64,000 nucleotides of DNA from Octopus vulgaris (taxonomy: Eukaryota): assembly GCA_951406725.2 (NCBI GenBank), contig OX597827.1:6944001-7008000 (forward strand), given 5' to 3'. Below the pieces are notes generated by a model. The model was not told where the DNA came from, did not search any database, and saw only the letters and a list, made by a program, of their open reading frames with translations. Within the stretch, counting starts at the first letter, position 1. Every line of letters starts with the position of its first letter. Both the position numbers and the translations under genes were made by a program. This document shows, piece by piece, positions 1 through 12,784 of the stretch.

Positions 1-678
1 TCTCAGAAATAGTATATTTTATCTTAATTTCTTTGCATGTCTATTTTCATACTTACCTACAGGAGTGCAGTACAAATTTTTGTGATATTTGGAACTATTT
101 GTTAATTAGACATAGTTTTTTTGTTATTTCTTGATGACAAATACATCTCTGCTGTGACATCAACACACATGCAGAATACACACACATATAATGAATGTCG
201 TGGCTTGTCAACACAAACTCACGTCAGCTACCTATGACATATGCACACACATAGTCTTCACACTCTTTAAGTAGAAAAAAAAAGAAAAAACCTCAATTTT
301 TTGATGTACACAATATCTTATTCATTTAGAAATATTCCTAACTGAATATGATTTCAAAAATCTAAGTATTTAGATTTTAGATTTCTTTAAACAGAATATT
401 TTAATGTTTTTTTTTTTTATTATTTTCAAGTAAATGGCAATCTTTTGCTTATCATCCAGAGTTCATTAATTTCTATAAAATTTTTTTATTTAATTACTTT
501 TGTTTTAAAGTGAATAAGAGAGGAAAGTGAAAGATGTATGTACGTGTATATGAAATGGACGTGCATGAAAGAGAGAGAAAGAGTGAGTAAAGGGATGTGT
601 TGTCATGTATACATACATCTTTTTTGTATTACATGTGTGTGTGAGAGAGAGTGAGTGAACGTGTGTGTTCTCATTGCA

Positions 679-710
<32 letters not shown>

Positions 711-1121
711 TATATTATACGCATATACCCACACAAACATGTACACACACACACACACACAAGTTTTCTTTTGTAAATTTATATTTTTATTTTTTGACTC
801 ACATGCACAAATTTTGGTAGTAACTCCCCAAATGAAAGAGATATTTTAACAGCAAAAAACAAGAGGATCTTCTCACTCACTGTAGTAAAGTTTTGTTCTT
901 TTTCAAAGTCTCCCATCAACAAAATTATATTACAAGTGTTAGTTTAGCTTGAAACTATGAAAGTAAGAGAAACCAGATGAAAATATTAAGCACCAGGACC
1001 AAACTCAATATTTTAACATTGCTGACTAAAATTCTTATCTACTAAACCATGCCAGTGACTATTATTATAAACATTCACAAACTCTAATGATTTGAAGGAA
1101 AACTTAATTATTTCAATTTAC

Positions 1122-1272
1122 CTGGCAGGGTTTCATAATGTCCAGCACTACCGACACTCCAGCCATGACTACTATCTGTGTGAGAAGACAAGATTGACAT
1201 TTCGCTGGTTTCATCGGCACTGCTTAGTTCTCTGTAACCTGGAGACATACTTTCTTCTCTTGGAACAAACAT
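1122..1272 (-). CDS. Pcdh: Protocadherin gene 1, cytoplasmic exon 3 (151 bp)
   Basis: tttctag|ATG acceptor and CCAG|GTAAAT donor on the minus strand; encodes MFVPREESMSPGYREL...HGWSVGSAGHYETLPG, homologous to exon 3 of the other six copies. Confidence 0.88.
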
Positions 1273-1580
1273 CTAGAAACATAAAACAGAAAGATTGTAT
1301 GCCATAATATTCTATCATGGTATTATTGTCATTCATAATCTCTCATTTTACTTTTAAACTGAAATATTCTAGTAATCTTCATGTGAGTCAGTAAAGAAAA
1401 TTAATGAGTAATTTAGAATCTACATTTTTAAGATAAGAATTAATCAAAGAGAAAAATAATTTTTCTTTTATATTTTGCAACACAGCTTCAAAGGTTCTTG
1501 GTTAATTACAGCCTGCTTTATTATTAACTATGGAATTTTGAAAGGAGAAATATTTTGAAATTAAAAGAAAATTATCTCAC

Positions 1581-3968
1581 CTGCTGATGACGTCTTAATG
1601 TTGGGTTATCCCATCTATTACCTGGCATGGTTCTGCAGTGAATATCTTCTCTGTCTACCATTGGTTGTTGAGATTTCTTCAGATTTCTCTCCAATGTGTA
1701 CTGAACTCCAGGAGGAACACAAGTAGGATCAAATATATATTTTGATTGGATGTTTAATGCAGGTGTAACCTTGTGGTACATATCAACACTGTTGTTATAG
1801 TTGTTGTCTGTCTGCTTCAGTCTATGAACTATACAGATTGATATAGAGATCACTATGACAACTGATACGATCACAGCTGCTATAACAATAACAATCATCA
1901 CATTCAATTGGAGACCATTACTTGATTCTGTTGTTGTCTTTGAAGGGGTCTTAAATATCTTTGATGTGCTGTTACTAACTGTTAGAGTCAAAGACAAAGT
2001 TGTTGTCGATGACAGAACTGGACTGCCACTGTCTTTCACACCTAATTCCAGTTCATAGAATCCAGCATCATTTTGGTAAAGTGAGCGAGAGAAAGATAAG
2101 ACACCAGAGTGATGGTTCATTTGAAATAAGTGTTTCTCATTACCTCTGAGTATTTCATATGTGAGGAAGGCATTGTGTTGACTGTCTCTGTCAGAGGCCC
2201 TAACAACTGTGATATCATGGTCAGAGTGGGGATGGTAGTGGACATTAAGACTGAAAGGGTCAACATTAGGGAAACTGAAATAGGGAGCATTATCATTTAA
2301 ATCCATAACCTCAACAACAACATTTGCTCTCTTCTCCAGTGATGGTGTTCCTTTATCTTTTACTAAAACCTTAAACTCATACAGGTTCTTTTCTTCTCTG
2401 TCTAGGGACTCAGTTGTGGAAATGAATCCCACATCAGATATCTGAAATGGTAGAATATCTTTTCCATTAGATAATAGAGAATAGGTTAATTGTCCTCCAT
2501 CTCCAATATCTGGGTCTGTGGCATTGACATATCCAACAGGGAAGTCTTTGTGTTCATTTTCATAGGTGAGAAACTTAAATATGTCCTGACTAAACTGAGG
2601 TTGTACATCATTTATGTCAGTAACCAGCACAGAAAACTGTTTCTCTACTTTCAATGGAGGTAAACCATTATCTTGACATTTAATGGTGAAATTAAATCTC
2701 TTCTCACTCTCTCTATCTATTTCACTCTTGACAACAACTTTGTATTTCTTTTTAGAAATTAAAATTAGCTGAAGATATCTGTTTTGTAAATGACACTTCA
2801 CTTGTCCATTTTTTCCACCGTCACTGTCAGTAATTTTGACATAAGCAACAAAACTGCCAATTTTAGATGCTTCTGAGATGACTGCTGTGTTTCCAGTTGA
2901 CTCTATAACAAATTTGACATCAATTTTGGGAGAATTGTTAAGATGACTGATTCCAGTTACAAGAACAGTAGCAGCTGAGGACATTGGTGGGTTACCATTA
3001 TCCCTAGCTTCAACAATTATTTTGTAAGATTTTCCAAACTGAAATTCTTTTGTAATAAAGATGTCTCCAGTTACCTCATCTAATTTTAAACATTGTTTTA
3101 ACCTACTTGGGGTTTTAGCATTAAACACATAAGAAATTCTTCCATTTTCCCCTGCATCTAAATCAGTAGCAAACAGCCTTACAACTGGTTTGTTTATCTT
3201 GTGTGTATCGTTTATATTGACATTGTAGATATTCTCTGAGAATATAGGATAATTATCATTTTCATCCACCACTAATATTTCTAAATTCAATGCTCCTTCC
3301 TTTGGTGGAGATCCACCATCTGTGGCAATTAACTGAAGATAATAAATATCCTTTGTCTCTCGGTCCAAGCTTTCTTCTAAAATTAGTTGTAAAATATCAC
3401 TGCCATCTGTTCTATTAGAAACCAACAATTTGAAAGGAATATTTTCGTCTTCTTTGAGTCGATAAAACAGCTTAGAATTTTGAATACTGACATCATTATC
3501 AATTGCATTTAGAATTATCTTTCTTCCGGTGGATACATTTTCATCAAATTGCATATTAACTTTCTTGCGCATAAACATCGGATAATTATCGTTGACATCC
3601 TCTATCATAATTTTGATTTCTAATATCCTGATAAAAGAATGACCATGTCGAACAGCTACTTCCAATATTCTGAAACATTCCACATTATATTGACACAGGG
3701 TTTCTGCATCCAATATGGCAGCTGTGTACAAGTGTCCTCCAGGTGTAACATTGAATAACCGAGCTGTTTCATCAGTATTACCCTGGAGTACTTTAAATGT
3801 CAGCTTGTTGCTATTATCCTGAGACTGTATATTATCCAGCAAATGTATATCCGTGACAATATCTCCAATAAAGCTGTGTATATCATTGTTCTCTTTCACA
3901 TGGTAGGTATGATCTACACACCAGCAGCTGCCAGCCATCGATAACATCAACAATACCATGGACAACAT
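1581..3968 (-). CDS. Pcdh: Protocadherin gene 1, large coding exon (signal peptide, EC1-EC6, TM)
   Basis: ORF 1572-3983; first ATG at 3968; cadherin motifs DxNDN, LDRE and AxDxGxP; hydrophobic TM VMIVIVIAAVIVSVVIVISISICIV; CAG|GTGAG donor at 1581/1580; acceptor at 4072. Confidence 0.95.
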
Positions 3969-4875
3969 GGTTATAGTCTTCAATTCTAGTTTCAGCAGGA
4001 ATATATAGGGATAATGATGTAAGAAAACAGCTATCAGTTATTTGTTGTGCGGTGAAATTCCTTTGCTTTGTCCTGAAAAACATATTTTATATCAGTAAGT
4101 GAGAGGAAATTATGAAAACTTACATCAGTGGTATAATAGTGAAATTATTGTATACAGTACTCAGGTGCACCACAACATAAAATATACCTGTTGTATACAA
4201 TCATTTATGCCAACGTGTCTGTCTTTTCCCCCGTCTCCTCCTCTATGAAGCTATCTTTATCACCTTTGATTTCACCTTGCAATTTAATAAAAGTGTTATA
4301 AGCAGACATTTTTCTCAAGGACAACAGGGTTCAATGTTGGGGCAATGAAATATGACAATGCTCATCAGATTTTGCCTTTTTGCCTTAATTTCTGTTGTTC
4401 CATCATCCCTGAAACCATGAGCATCAGTATTTATAAAATACTACCTGGTTTAACACCACTATCTGGCACTTTGTTACTTTAAAAGGGGTCCATCTTCTAT
4501 GATACTAATGCTTCTAAACAATGTTATTCCTTGAAGAAATCAGTTTTAGATGTCCAGGTTCGGCACTAGTTTCATTGATATCATTAATTTGAGTGTGACA
4601 AAGGCCTAAGGGAGGCAGGTTCAAGCAGCATATCCACCTGAATCTCAGAGAGCCAAGGGAAAAAAAACCAGTGACCATCTATTTGGAGCCCCACCTTAAT
4701 AATCTTTCATTGAACAATTTGGTTCTGATACTTTCTTTTTTAAAGCTCGGTAGTTATTTTATTAAACTCTTATGCCAAGCAGCAAAGTTACAGGGACGTA
4801 AACAAACCAACACCGATTGCCAAGCTGTAGTGAGAAACAAATACACACATATGCATTATATATATATATTGTATG

Positions 4876-4913
<38 letters not shown>

Positions 4914-5094
4914 GTAATAAAGATTCAAGTTAATTTAAATGAATTTACTTGAATATGGTACCTAACTTAGATGCACCAAAAAACTATACGGTTTTAACAA
5001 TACAGTAATGTGGGGTGATTATAAGCGAGAAGCTTCTTTCTCGCGTATATATATATATATATATGTATATATCTGTGTGCGCACATGCACATAT

Positions 5095-5245
5095 ACGGCA
5101 AATTTCTTTCGGTTTTTGTCAACAAAATCCACACACAAGGATTTGGTCACCCCAGTACTATAGTAGAAGACACTTGCCTATAGTGCCACAGAGTGGTACT
5201 GAACCTGGAACCATGCGGTTAGAAAGCAAACCTCTTACTTGCACC
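5095..5245 (-). mobile_element. Partial degenerate SINE head (same family as 9021-9415)
   Basis: Reverse-complement similarity to the SINE head: ctatagtagaagacacttgcc...actgaacctggaaccatg. Confidence 0.7.
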
Positions 5246-5895
5246 TTAAAAAAAAAAATGCTCAACACTCTTGAATTTTGGAAAGATACAACCGCCACCC
5301 ACCCCGAGGTGATGAAGTGGTTTTGTTTGTTGCAGCATACCAAGTTTCTCTTTGTAGCCCTGAGGAGGGACTGCAAAGGATATGATCATTACTCCAACTA
5401 TCCTAATGAGTAGCGTAAAATAAAAAGAAAGCATTACTTCACGTAATCAGAGTTATTGCCCTTGGATACTGACCTAGAAGAAATAAAACTATTTTTAAAA
5501 AAAGTACGAAAATATTTTCTTCTTCTCACATTCTAATTACTAATTAATAAACCTATACCTAACATTAGTTTCTAATTAAACATTAATTATTCTATTCATA
5601 GATCAACTTTCCATAATTCTGAAATTGTTTGTAACAGTGAAAAATAATTTTTTGAAATTATATCAGTTTCTACACTTGAAAAGCTTTGATGAATATTATC
5701 TTCATTTCTGATTAGATTTCTGGAAATCACAATGAGAGAGTAATATCTGTGGAAAATTCTAGCAATAGTAATTGAATTGTTGTATCACATCCTCTATCTA
5801 ACAAAGGGAAGAACTTGCGAATAAATAAACCATTTAAAAAAATACATAAATATTTACATATTAAATTATCAAAATGACTTTTAATTAGTACTTAC

Positions 5896-6140
5896 CAACA
5901 GTTGTCAGTTGTTTGTTCTGTTGTTGCTGTGCTGTTTCAGTGTTCTGATAACAAAGTTGTAGTAGTAGCAGAAGTTCTGAGTAGTTTGGTATGTGACAGT
6001 GTTATGTAGTTCTATGGAGTTGGTTGTGTAGTATGTAATGTGTGTTGTAGCCAATGACAAGCTGTCTTTTATTCCAGTGCAAGGAAACGGAAATACAGCC
6101 TCCAACTTTTGCAGTTAATGATGGGCTGACTCACATACAT
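5896..6140 (-). promoter_or_regulatory. Putative promoter and non-coding exon 1 of Pcdh gene 1
   Basis: GTTG|GTAAGTA donor at 5896/5895; CCAAT at 6051-6055; block conserved upstream of six genes. Confidence 0.7.
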
Positions 6141-7014
6141 TATCACTTAGGCCCACATACACTTGTGTGTGTGTGTGTGTGTGTGTGTGTTAGTAGAGTG
6201 TACATAAATGAACAAGGAAGAAATATCTAATATCTAAAATGGAAAGGATAGGCAATAAATTCAGTATGGAAAATGTTATTTCTAAATAATGATTATATAC
6301 TTTATAAATAGTATAAGAAAACTAAAATTAGCAAGTTTACTTATGATACTAAATTGGCATAATCTGCCAAAAAAAAAAAAAGAAATTGTAAAATGAATGT
6401 CAAATTATTCTATATGAATTGTTTCCATTAGTAATAATATGCCAGGTTATACAAAGAAACTTTTAGAAAATACGAAACTGTGGCTGTCAATAAACAAATG
6501 TCTCTTGAGTAAAGATTTGTATGATTGAAAACTGACTTAAAAGTAAAATATGCTCAAAGAGTAATATTTAGGAATCACCTAAATACAAAGCTGTTATTTT
6601 AAATCAAAAGTGTACTTTAATTTTGAATGCAGTGTCAGTTTCAAAATAATCATTAATATTAAAAAAATTTTAGCAAGAAATAAGTACATAGAAATAACTA
6701 ACAAAGTAAACTGGAAAAAAAAAAAAAAAACTATTTCCTTGCCAGGAAACTATAACATGGATCTTTAATTTTAGTATCATACATTGATATTTAAAAAATC
6801 TGGTAAAATGTTTGGGAGAAACCTGCTTTGACTAAATGTTAGAATATCAATAAGTTTCTAAAAATTACTGCTTATGATACACAATGAATACAAGTTCCAT
6901 TGTGGAAGGAAATACTCCCATAATATAATTATTTTCCATTAATTTATTCCACTCAGTGAATTCATTGCCTGTATTGTGTAAATGGTAGCTTGGAATATTC
7001 TTGAAATTGTATAA

Positions 7015-7394
7015 TTAGTTGTTTGTTAAAGGTGGAGGTGGAGGTACCTCCGGTATTGAAAGTCTGTTTGGTAGTGTTGTTACTTTAGGTACAGTTGGAA
7101 AAGATGATTCACAGTCTGAAGTAAACTGACTAGTTACTGGTATTTCAGGTACAGTTGGAAGAGATGATTTACAGTCTGAAGCAAATTGACTAGTTACTGG
7201 TATTTCGTATAGTGGTTCAGTTTGGTTAGATGTAGTACCAGTTATAGTCAAAGGTATTTGCTTGGGAAAACTGGAAGTGTTAATACCAATATCTGGTTGA
7301 TAAGGATAGCCTTTGTTATTACCTCCACTTGATCTCTTCAGAGTGTATGGAAGCAGATTTCTCTGTGTATGATCACTTTGGTTACAGTATTTAT
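7015..7394 (-). CDS. Pcdh: Protocadherin gene 2, terminal coding exon 4 (Pro-rich tail, internal 60-bp duplication)
   Basis: tttcag|AT phase-1 acceptor matches the phase-1 donor of exon 3; homologous to other terminal exons (TITGTTS, SDCK, VPK(V/I)TTLP). Confidence 0.82.
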
Positions 7395-7676
7395 CTGAAA
7401 ATACATAGATATATGAAAAGGTACTTTGAAACAAACAAACAAACTTTGTTTTTTTTATGAATAAAATTATCCAATACTTATGTATTATTTATGTGAACTT
7501 GTGTATTTTTCACCAATATATTGACAAAGTAACTGTTAAAGTGGTATTGAATAGCATCCATATTTACATCATACTTCGATTTTATTTTTCCATTATGGTT
7601 AAGTTAGAGAAAAAACTTTGGTAGGACAATTTGCATGTAGTGGATCAAAGAAACTTCCAAATAATCTACATACTCT

Positions 7677-8117
7677 TGTAGTGATGCTGCTGTGTAAGGT
7701 TCAGCGCACATGCACAGAATTGGATTACTTCCGGTTGGCCACCGGAAGTCTTCCTCATGTGTATGTGCAGGAACTGACCCCTAAAACACGATTCGCTAAC
7801 TCATCCTTTCTGGCTCAGGCAGCACCCAAGAACGGACGTGTATTGGCAGTCTCTCTCAGGACTTCTCACCAACCAAGCAGCAAACCCGACGAATCGTTTG
7901 ACTAACAAACAAGAAAGCGAGTAATCAGTCCTGCGGATTCGGCTGTCGGTTTCCCTCCAGAGAACACGTACACCAGTTCTTGATTGTGACGAGAAATAAA
8001 CAACCATTTTGCTGTGTTTGTAGACCACCTGACTTTGTCTGTTATTCTACCTAAATTGAATGTGACGGAATCAGATCAGACACCCCTTCCAGTGATACCG
8101 AAACTGATCCTGTTACA
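7677..8117 (+). mobile_element. Solo LTR (Gypsy-like), 441 bp
   Basis: TGTAG...TTACA termini, 4-bp CTCT target-site duplication (7673-7676 and 8118-8121), internal AATAAA near 7995, GC-richer than the flanks. Confidence 0.7.
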
Positions 8118-9020
8118 CTCTTATGAAAGGAATCACCCCCAAACTTCCCTTTGTACACAACTTCTTGTACATTGATGTTTGCTCTGGTACGCCATCACTA
8201 CTTCCATCCACCCCTATATACAATGTGAGGTGGGTGGGAGTAATGGAGGAAGAGATAAAAAAAAAAGCAGTGTGGCATACCAGAGCAAACCTCCAAGGTA
8301 GAAGACGTACTCAATGTGAGGCAGCTATGTGTCTCCTCTACAGCAAGGCACCTGTACTTATCACTATCATACATTAGCCCTTCAACCCCTAGTGTAAAAC
8401 CACTTTTCTCTCTCAAAAACTAGCCCACCTTCACTTAAAAGTTCAGCTGTTTTTCTTTTCCATTTTTCCTGTTCTTTATCTGTCCTGCAAAATATTTGGC
8501 AACCTCACTAGTGCCATCGACATAAGAAAAAGCAACCAGAATGCACTGTATTGTGGTTGGTATTGGCAATAGCATATGGCCTTAGAAATCAACCCAAAGT
8601 ATACTCTATAACTCAGCACAGCCCTACAACTTACTGGATCTTGTCAATTTATCCAATTCATGCCATTACTGATTACAGACATTAAATGATGATGTTCATG
8701 GCAGAGTTTTAGAAAAGCACAATAAGTGTTAATTTTTATGATCACATCAAATGTCCACTTTTCCATACTTGCATAGTTCAAACAGAATTTGCTGATGCAG
8801 GTATTCTATAATTGGATGCCCTTCCTTTTGCCAACCTTCACTTGTTTCTAAGCAATGCGATATTTTCCCATGACTGGGCAAGTTTTTTGTGGAAAATTGG
8901 AAATGTAGGACAACACTTGTATAACAGTGACTCTTGTTAACATCTACTATGAGATGTCTAGACAAGGAGGCACAAACAGACACTCACACAAATATATATA
9001 AATACAGGCATACGTACAAG

Positions 9021-9415
9021 CGCAGGAGTGGCTGTGTGGTAAGTAGCTTGCTAATCAACCACATGGTTCTGGGTTCAGTCCCACTGCATGGCACCTTGGG
9101 CAAGTGTCTTCTACTATAGCCCCGGGCCGACCAATGCCTTGTGAGTGGATTTGGTAGACGGAAACTGAAAGAAGCCTGTCGTATATATGTATATATAAGT
9201 ATATGTGTGTGTGTGTGTGTTTGTGTGTCTGTCTCCCTCGCATTGCTTGACAACCGATGTGTGTCCCCGTTACTTAGCGGTTCGGCAAAAGAGACCGATA
9301 GAATAAGTACTGGGCTTACAAAAGAATAAGTCCCGGGGTCGATTTCCTCAACTAAAGGCGGTGCTCCAGCATGGCCGCAGTCAAATGACTGAAACAAGTA
9401 AAAGAGTAAAGAGTA
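9021..9415 (+). mobile_element. Abundant SINE (tRNA-like head, internal (TA)/(TG) microsatellite, gtaaaagag tail)
   Basis: ggagtggctgtgtggtaagtagcttgc...gggttcagtccc head; five near-full copies in the window. Confidence 0.85.
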
Positions 9416-9868
9416 CATGCATGATGGACTTCTTTCAGTTTCCATCAACTATAATCCACTCACCAAGCTTTGGTCAGCTGAAAAATTTAGTCGAAGGCAC
9501 TTGCTCAAAGAGACTAAGTGGTATTATGGTTGGGAATGGGAAGTGAACCTGTTAACCCCACAGCCATGCTTAATGCCGTGTGCTTATAATGGTTATATTA
9601 GTCCACAATGATGAGAAGTAAATGAGTGAAAACCTCGGATGCCTCTTATAACTGAATATCACAGTTTACCAACATCATCCAACTAGCAAACTCTGAAAAG
9701 GTGTTTGACAGTGAATTTTATGCTAGTTGGAACCTCAAATAGTCCCAACCAACATAAGCATGCAAAATACATGCAACAGTATTAGCTTAATGATATCACA
9801 AGCTAGATAAATACAAAACATTTAGTGGGCAAGTGTTGTACAGATATATACATAGAATAGTAATGGAA

Positions 9869-10237
9869 TCTCTATATATATAAACGGCAAAATGTCTGTC
9901 TGTGTGTGTGTCCGTTATACAAATCTACAACTTTTCAGTTAGAGGGCATGTACTTTCTATGATCATTCAAAACCGTCCAAGGGTGGTCGTGCATATCTTT
10001 ACATTTCCCCAGTCACCCCGCAAAGCCATTAAAAAATCAATTGAAGTGACTTTTTTTGTGAATTTTCTATCCAAAACCCACTCAAAATGCCTGAAACTTG
10101 ATACGCTAATTGAATGCCAGCTAGCTGTATGCGACTGGTCAGAGATTTGGACGGTACTCGCATGTATGTGTGCACGCATGCAGCTGTATATGCATGCACT
10201 AGCACTATGACCCGGTGTTGCCAGGTCATAGTGCTAG
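9869..10237 (+). mobile_element. Non-autonomous Helitron-like element
   Basis: A|TC 5' end (tctctatatatataaa); 3' 14-bp stem ctagcactatgacc/ggtcatagtgctag ending CTAG|T. Confidence 0.75.
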
Positions 10238-11492
10238 TAATATTATATAAATTACTCCAGTTATGAATTATAAATCTTATATTTTTGACTTCTGAATTCC
10301 CTTTCAACTCTCAGCTCATATATTCTGGTTTTGAAGGACCCTTTAAGCTTTTGTGTGGATTACCAGGGTTTAATAGTATTGGAGACTGAATTGCAGCAAT
10401 AATAACTAAAAATGATGATTTATTTGAAATATTACCACAAGGTAATGATCACATGGTCAATCAATCATCTACAAAATGGAACAGCTAGTGATAGTGAGCT
10501 ACTGATAACATTATCAGGATTAGCAGATGAGTTTAGTGAAAGATTGTTTAGCAGTTAGTTCTTCACTTGATCTTTACAGGTAGTTTTCACATTTAGATTC
10601 AATGCAGTTTCTCTATGTATGAATTGGCTACCAAATATATTCCGGGAAATCTCATTACATTGTTGTTATAAATTAATTATTTGGTTAAACATTTGAAGAA
10701 AGTTTACAGCCGCTCTTAACTGTTGCCAAATAATTTTTCCACAAAAAAAAAAAGATCATGTATCAGACCATTATAGCATTTGAAAATAACCCTGCGCAAA
10801 TATTAATGAAACTTTCCATTTGATTGACTGTAGCCTTTTAAAACTGATTTTTTTTAAATGATGGTTTGCATAGTTTTCTGCTGCACTATTATATTTTGAA
10901 ATGAAGGAAGAAATTTCAACTTCCTTGTAGACAAGACAATGTAACAAGGTAAATCTGGTTCATTGTCTGATACCATTGTCAGACAATATCATACCAACAG
11001 ACAGTGGGAAATGAACATTTCCTCAGGTTTTGTGGGTTCCTACTGTAACGTAATGTAAACAGACTTCAATCAAAGTAGTGCCAAGTCAAATGTATTCAAC
11101 AAATATCCAGTATTTTGTATTCATACTCAATCCATATGTAATCTATCCTGGAGTTCTGACTGAGTCAATAAAAGGGCTACCATTAAAGATGATTCTAGCA
11201 CACAAACTCCACAAGATCTGATAAATTCTTTAACATTTCTACCAAGATTAGTTTACCAAGCACAAGTCCTTCTTACTTCAGTGTTTATTGCACAAATATG
11301 TGTGTCATGAACTGAAGAAAGAAGTAATGCATGGTAACATTCAGAAATAAATAGAATGGTTTTACTTGGAATAAAATTATTATCTACAAAGTATTAACAT
11401 GAATGACTCAAACATTGTCATTGTAAGACATGGTTTCAACCAAACTTTTCCAGCAGTGTGATTTTTAAGCAAACATAGAGAGCAACCTTTAA

Positions 11493-11711
11493 CCCTTTAG
11501 TGTTCAGATTATTCTATCAAACATAATGCCTATTGATTCCCATTGATTTGAATTAATCATGCATTATCTCATATCTTCAAGATCTTAATGGTGTAATTAC
11601 TTAATGTAGAATAACATTGTATGGTAGGTGTGAGAGACTGGATCTGGTCAGTTTGAACATAAAACGGATTAGCTATTTTGGCCGGATATGGCCGGTTTAA
11701 ATACTAAAGGG
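11493..11711. mobile_element. piggyBac-like MITE
   Basis: TTAA|CCCTTTAG ... CTAAAGGG|TTAA; second copy at 36512-36723. Confidence 0.8.
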
Positions 11712-11819
11712 TTAAATCTTTAAAATGATTTTTGATGTCTTAGTCTGAACTTTAGCATAAATGAATTCAATGTCACTTTTATGACAATGAAAAGCATTTG
11801 TAAAATATCTCAGACTTAC

Positions 11820-11967
11820 CAGGCATTTCCACAAATTGTCCAGCACTACTGACACTCCAGCCATGGCCATTATCATTGCAAGACGATAATGTTGACATAT
11901 CACTGAATTGGTGGGTGTTGTTTAGTCCGCTGTAACTTGGAGACATATTTTCTCTTGGAACAAACAT
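11820..11967 (-). CDS. Pcdh: Protocadherin gene 2, exon 3 (148 bp)
   Basis: tttcag|ATG ... G|GTAAGT; MFVPRENMSPSYSGL...DNGHGWSVSSAGQFVEMPG. Confidence 0.88.
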
Positions 11968-12027
11968 CTGAAAACACAAAAAATCCATAGTTAGGACATA
12001 GTGAAAAGGATTGAAATATATGCAATA

Positions 12028-12425
12028 TCTTTATATATAAAAGTGAGGTTGTGTGCTGTCTGTCTCCTACGATTTAGATTCCTAACTACTCCCACATTTT
12101 GCGGTGCAGTTTAACCAAAAGCGGGTATCTTATAGTCGTGATTCATATCGAGCCCTTCTGGGTATTAGCGCGCGTCTACGATGAGTCTACGATTTAAAAA
12201 AAAATTTACCATTAATTTTTCCCATTTTTAATGCATTTTTGGCATATATAAGGGAAGTAACTCTCTCAAAATTTATTATTAAATCTCACAACGTAAAAAG
12301 CTACAGTAACACCCCGCCCCTTTGTGGTTAGCCATATTGAGATGGCCATTATACTTTACATCTCTAAAAATGCTTATATAGTTATTTCCCTTACAAACCC
12401 GAGCAACGCCGGGCGATACTGCTAG
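12028..12425 (+). mobile_element. Non-autonomous Helitron-like element
   Basis: A|TC(tttatatataaa) 5' end; 3' hairpin cccg-agcaacgc-cggg followed by CTAG|T. Confidence 0.8.
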
Positions 12426-12784
12426 TGTTATATATAACTAAAATAATTAATAATGGTTTCTGAATTATGTACATAGCTAGCAATTTTGTTGGGTCGAAGG
12501 GAAACTTGTACATAACTATTATTTTATTTAATCAACTTTAGAGGGATAAAAGGCAAAGTAGGTTTTGCCAGGAGAAGTACAATGAAGCATTTTCTCTAAC
12601 TAGCCACTGACACTAGCAACCCACCAACCTGATGAACACATAATTATAATCGATTAAAAATATTGATACAAAATGCAGATTGTAGATAGAGCAGTTGAAT
12701 TGTCATAGTAGCATGCAATCAAATGACAACATGAGAAAAATCTTTATCTACATTTCAGAGAAAAAGATATTGAAAGCATCTCAC

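Noticed and set aside
1855-2058. Recurrent + strand ORF MTTDTITAAITITIITFNWRPLL... in six copies
   Set aside because: Antisense shadow of the homogenised EC6-TM coding sequence; its ATG is lost in gene 5
8934-9448. Recurrent ORFs such as FQSFDCGHAGAPP / RLPNPLTR
   Set aside because: Spurious translations of a high-copy SINE
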